Source: Chthoniobacterales bacterium | GTDB taxonomy: Bacteria; Verrucomicrobiota; Verrucomicrobiia; Chthoniobacterales; Chthoniobacteraceae | NCBI GenBank assembly: GCA_038207335.1 | Contig: JBBQZX010000002.1 | Location: forward strand, 274,577 to 338,576 | Length of the DNA stretch: 64,000 bases | Direction: 5' to 3' | Notes under the pieces: model-generated | What the model was told of the DNA's origin: nothing | Seen by the model: the letters and a program-made list of their open reading frames with translations, nothing else | The model's database searches: none | Made by a program: the position numbers and the translations under genes | Shown: positions 61,208 through 64,000 of the stretch, one piece after another | Layout: each line of letters opens with the position of its first letter | Position numbering within the stretch: the first letter of the stretch is position 1

Positions 61208-64000
61208 TTACTCGCGGCGGCGGCGGAAGCGCTGGAGGCCAGCGAGGAGACCGAAGCCACCCATGAGCGTGGCGATGGTGCCCGGTTCGGGGACGGAGAC
61301 GATTTGCAGCGCCACGTCGTTGCCGGGGGTCGTGAAGCCTGCGAGGCCTCCAGTGGCGGAGTCCGCGTCGTAGCGAATGCGGAAGGTGTATCCGCTGCCG
61401 CCTGCGAAGGTCGAATTATTCGCACGACCCGCAAAGGTGCCAGTTACGGCGTCGGCTCCATCGTTCAGGATGACGTAGAAGACGTCGTTGACGTTTCCGC
61501 CGATGGCCAGCGTCAGCACGGCGAGGCTCGAGTTTCCGAGGCTGACGGAGCCGGTGACGTTCAGCACGTCGGTGGCGGCGGTCGCGGGGTTGAGCTCGAG
61601 CCGGAATGTCGAAGCTGCGTCTAGCGTCACGCCACCCGCTGTGGAAAGCGTGCCGATGCTCGAGCCGACGGCCGCGCCGGGCGAGATGGTTCCGCCCGTG
61701 GCCGCGAGGCTCGGGACGGTGCCGCTTCCGCCGACGGTTCCGCCGGCGGCTGCCGTCACGCTGCCCGTGCCGGTGCTGGTCGCATTCATCAGGAATGTGC
61801 CGCCCGAGACGGTCACTGAGCTGTTATTGACGAACGTGCTCGGCGTATTCAGCGTGCCGACCACTGAGCCGGAGACGATGAGCGCGCCAGGCCCAGTTTT
61901 TTGCAAAGTCGAGCTGTCGGCGAGTTCGAGCATTCCAGCCGTGAGCGTGTGATTGGCACCAACGCTGACCACGCCCGACGAACCGGCCGCACCGGTCACC
62001 GCCAGGATGTCCGCGCTGTCTGCGGTCGCGGAGCCTGCGGCAGGCAGGGTCACTGTCGCTGCATTCGCATTGGCACCATTCAGTGCGAGGCGATAAATGC
62101 CGTCGAACGATTTCACTTGCAGGTTGGACGCCTGATCGACGCGGATGTTTCCACCGGCATTGTTCCCGTTGCCGGAATAGAACTGTCCCGACTGCGAGGC
62201 CGCGCTGGGATTCAAGCGATTGTTGTCGGTATTGAGGTCAATCGCCAAGGTGCCGCCACCACCGGTATCTTGAACGGCGAAGAGGATATTGTAGGACACT
62301 CCTGCGGTGAGCAGCGGACTCGTCCCGTAGCCGCTCGGGCCGCAGCAGTTGCCCACATCCAGCACCTTTTCATTGGAATCGAAGGTCCCGTTGTTGTTCA
62401 CGTCGATCCAGACAGCCGCTTGGTCGTCATTGAACGCCGTTCGGAACGATGTGGTCCCGGTCACTGAAGGAACGTAATGGCCGGCAAACCCAGCGGTAAA
62501 GTTATTCGTTCCAGGTTGCCCGATCCCAAAGAATGTTGTGAATGCGTTGTCGTTCGGAAAGTCCAGCGCACCGGTGAGGACGGCTTGGGCATTCGGAGTG
62601 CCGCCGTTATAAATCGTATTGGCTTCGGCCTGATTGCGAGGATCGAGGCGGATAGTTCCGTCAAAATCAGCACCTAGGACAAACAAGCGACCGAGAAGCG
62701 AGTTATCGACGGAAGTGCCGATGCGCTGCGGAGCGTGAATCGCCGCGCCGCTCAAATTCACGGTGCCCGAACCGACATTCACCGCTGCGAGATTGTTCAG
62801 ATTGATATCTGCACCGGTATAAGTTGCTGTTGTGCCCGTGCCCGGATCGAAGGTCGCCGTTGCTCCGTGAGTCAAGTTCGTCGCGGTGCTGCCTGAGACG
62901 TTCCCGGTGAAGGTGAGCGCGGTGGAGCCGCTGCCTGTGATCGATCCAGTCGTCGTGAGCGTGCCCGAGCGGAATGTGCCGGCACCGACATTTATCGACG
63001 CATGGCTCGAGCCGGCGAGCGTGGTCGCTCCATTTGTCTGGGTGAATGCTCCGCTGTTCGTGAATTGCCCGGTCGCTGTCAGAGAGCCGCCATTCACGGT
63101 AACCGAGGTGTGGCTTGAAGTCCCGTTGAAGGTCGCACTTCCCGCGGTGAGAGGTTGGTTTGCCGTCGCGGCGGTCAGAGTGAGAGCGCCAGAGTTGACC
63201 GTGCTGCCGTTGACGGTGAGTGCGCCGCGATTGACAGTCACGCCGGTCGCAGTAAGGCCACCATTAGCAACGAGGCTCGGCGTGCGCAGCGACTCGTTTA
63301 ACCCTACTAGGTTTAAGCCGAGACCGGTGCCTTGCAGGGTGACCGCTCCGCCGCCGGTGTTGATCGCGCCGGACACGTTCACATTCGCAAACCCGACGGT
63401 GAGGCCCCCGGTGTTGGCAATGCTTGTGAAATTCACCGCGCCTTCCTCTACATTCACGGAGCCAGCGCCGGTGACCGGGGCGTTCACATTCAGCGTGTAG
63501 TTCAGCCCGCGCGCTGCGTAGGTCGCAGTTTTGCCTGAGGCGACCGCGAGGCTGTTGTTTGCAGGAGCGTAGTTTACGGCGACTGTCTGCACCGGACCGC
63601 CGAAACGACCGGCTTCCACGCCGTAGTTGTCCGCGCTCACCAGGTTGTTGGTGAAAGTCAGCGCGTTCACATTTCCCGCACCAGCGGTGAATCCGAGACC
63701 ACCGCCTGCGAAGTTAATCGTCGCGTTCACGAGCGGATTCACGCTTTGACCGCCGCCGCTGTCGGTCGCCCGAAGCACGATGAGACCATTGTTGTCGTTA
63801 ATAATCGTCCCAGTCGGAACTCCCGCGGCGCCGAAAAGAAGCGCCCCCACGCCCGTTTTAGTGATCGTTCGATTCGCATCCACGATGCTTCCGAGGCTCA
63901 CAACACCGAGATTTGAGGCAACATTAATCCCCGCCGCGCCAGCCAACGACGTATTAGAAAAATCCGCCGATCCACTGACCGTGAGCGTCTTTCCAGCAGC
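61208..64000 (-). CDS. Large PEP-CTERM beta-helix protein with PA14-like insert (5' end outside window)
   Basis: Frame open to the window edge; ITKTGVGAL and LQKTGPGAL repeats, NFTAGFAG...FRTAFNDDQAAVWID PA14-like segment, VPEPGTIATLMGGFGLLAGLQRFRRRRE. Confidence 0.9.
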   Translation of the reverse strand, partial: AAGKTLTVSGSADFSNTSLAGAAGINVASNLGVVSLGSIVDANRTITKTGVGALLFGAAGVPTGTIINDNNGLIVLRATDSGGGQSVNPLVNATINFAGGGLGFTAGAGNVNALTFTNNLVSADNYGVEAGRFGGPVQTVAVNYAPANNSLAVASGKTATYAARGLNYTLNVNAPVTGAGSVNVEEGAVNFTSIANTGGLTVGFANVNVSGAINTGGGAVTLQGTGLGLNLVGLNESLRTPSLVANGGLTATGVTVNRGALTVNGSTVNSGALTLTAATANQPLTAGSATFNGTSSHTSVTVNGGSLTATGQFTNSGAFTQTNGATTLAGSSHASINVGAGTFRSGTLTTTGSITGSGSTALTFTGNVSGSTATNLTHGATATFDPGTGTTATYTGADINLNNLAAVNVGSGTVNLSGAAIHAPQRIGTSVDNSLLGRLFVLGADFDGTIRLDPRNQAEANTIYNGGTPNAQAVLTGALDFPNDNAFTTFFGIGQPGTNNFTAGFAGHYVPSVTGTTSFRTAFNDDQAAVWIDVNNNGTFDSNEKVLDVGNCCGPSGYGTSPLLTAGVSYNILFAVQDTGGGGTLAIDLNTDNNRLNPSAASQSGQFYSGNGNNAGGNIRVDQASNLQVKSFDGIYRLALNGANANAATVTLPAAGSATADSADILAVTGAAGSSGVVSVGANHTLTAGMLELADSSTLQKTGPGALIVSGSVVGTLNTPSTFVNNSSVTVSGGTFLMNATSTGTGSVTAAAGGTVGGSGTVPSLAATGGTISPGAAVGSSIGTLSTAGGVTLDAASTFRLELNPATAATDVLNVTGSVSLGNSSLAVLTLAIGGNVNDVFYVILNDGADAVTGTFAGRANNSTFAGGSGYTFRIRYDADSATGGLAGFTTPGNDVALQIVSVPEPGTIATLMGGFGLLAGLQRFRRRRE

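Overview
GC-rich bacterial chromosomal segment. PEP-CTERM proteins, 'EPLExRIAPA' leader motifs and the gene styles suggest Verrucomicrobiota, probably Chthoniobacterales-like (inference). Most of it is housekeeping: rpsA, recO, prc, exbBD-like, guaB, ridA, pyrE, secA, accBC, sdhCAB, rph, cysHDN, panD, mdh, an ABC transporter, a peroxiredoxin, acnA, nagZ and a lutA-like gene. Accessory parts: two partial PEP-CTERM genes at the window ends, a tandem pair of very large Gly-rich exported paralogues behind a DUF3467-like gene, a PilV/PilW/PilX-like minor-pilin cassette, an RHH-PIN toxin-antitoxin pair inserted between cysD and cysN, an orphan RelE-like gene, three single-base frameshifts and several REP-like palindromes. 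The most unusual signal is non-coding. Two separate intergenic loci (about 28.3-28.6 kb and 38.9-39.2 kb, opposite orientation) each have a tandem array with 21-bp period and 42-bp higher-order structure, then a C/A-rich spacer, then the same 28-nt motif (26/28 identical). Each locus sits where the strand composition flips from C-rich to G-rich regardless of gene direction. No rRNA, tRNA, CRISPR array or intact transposase was seen.
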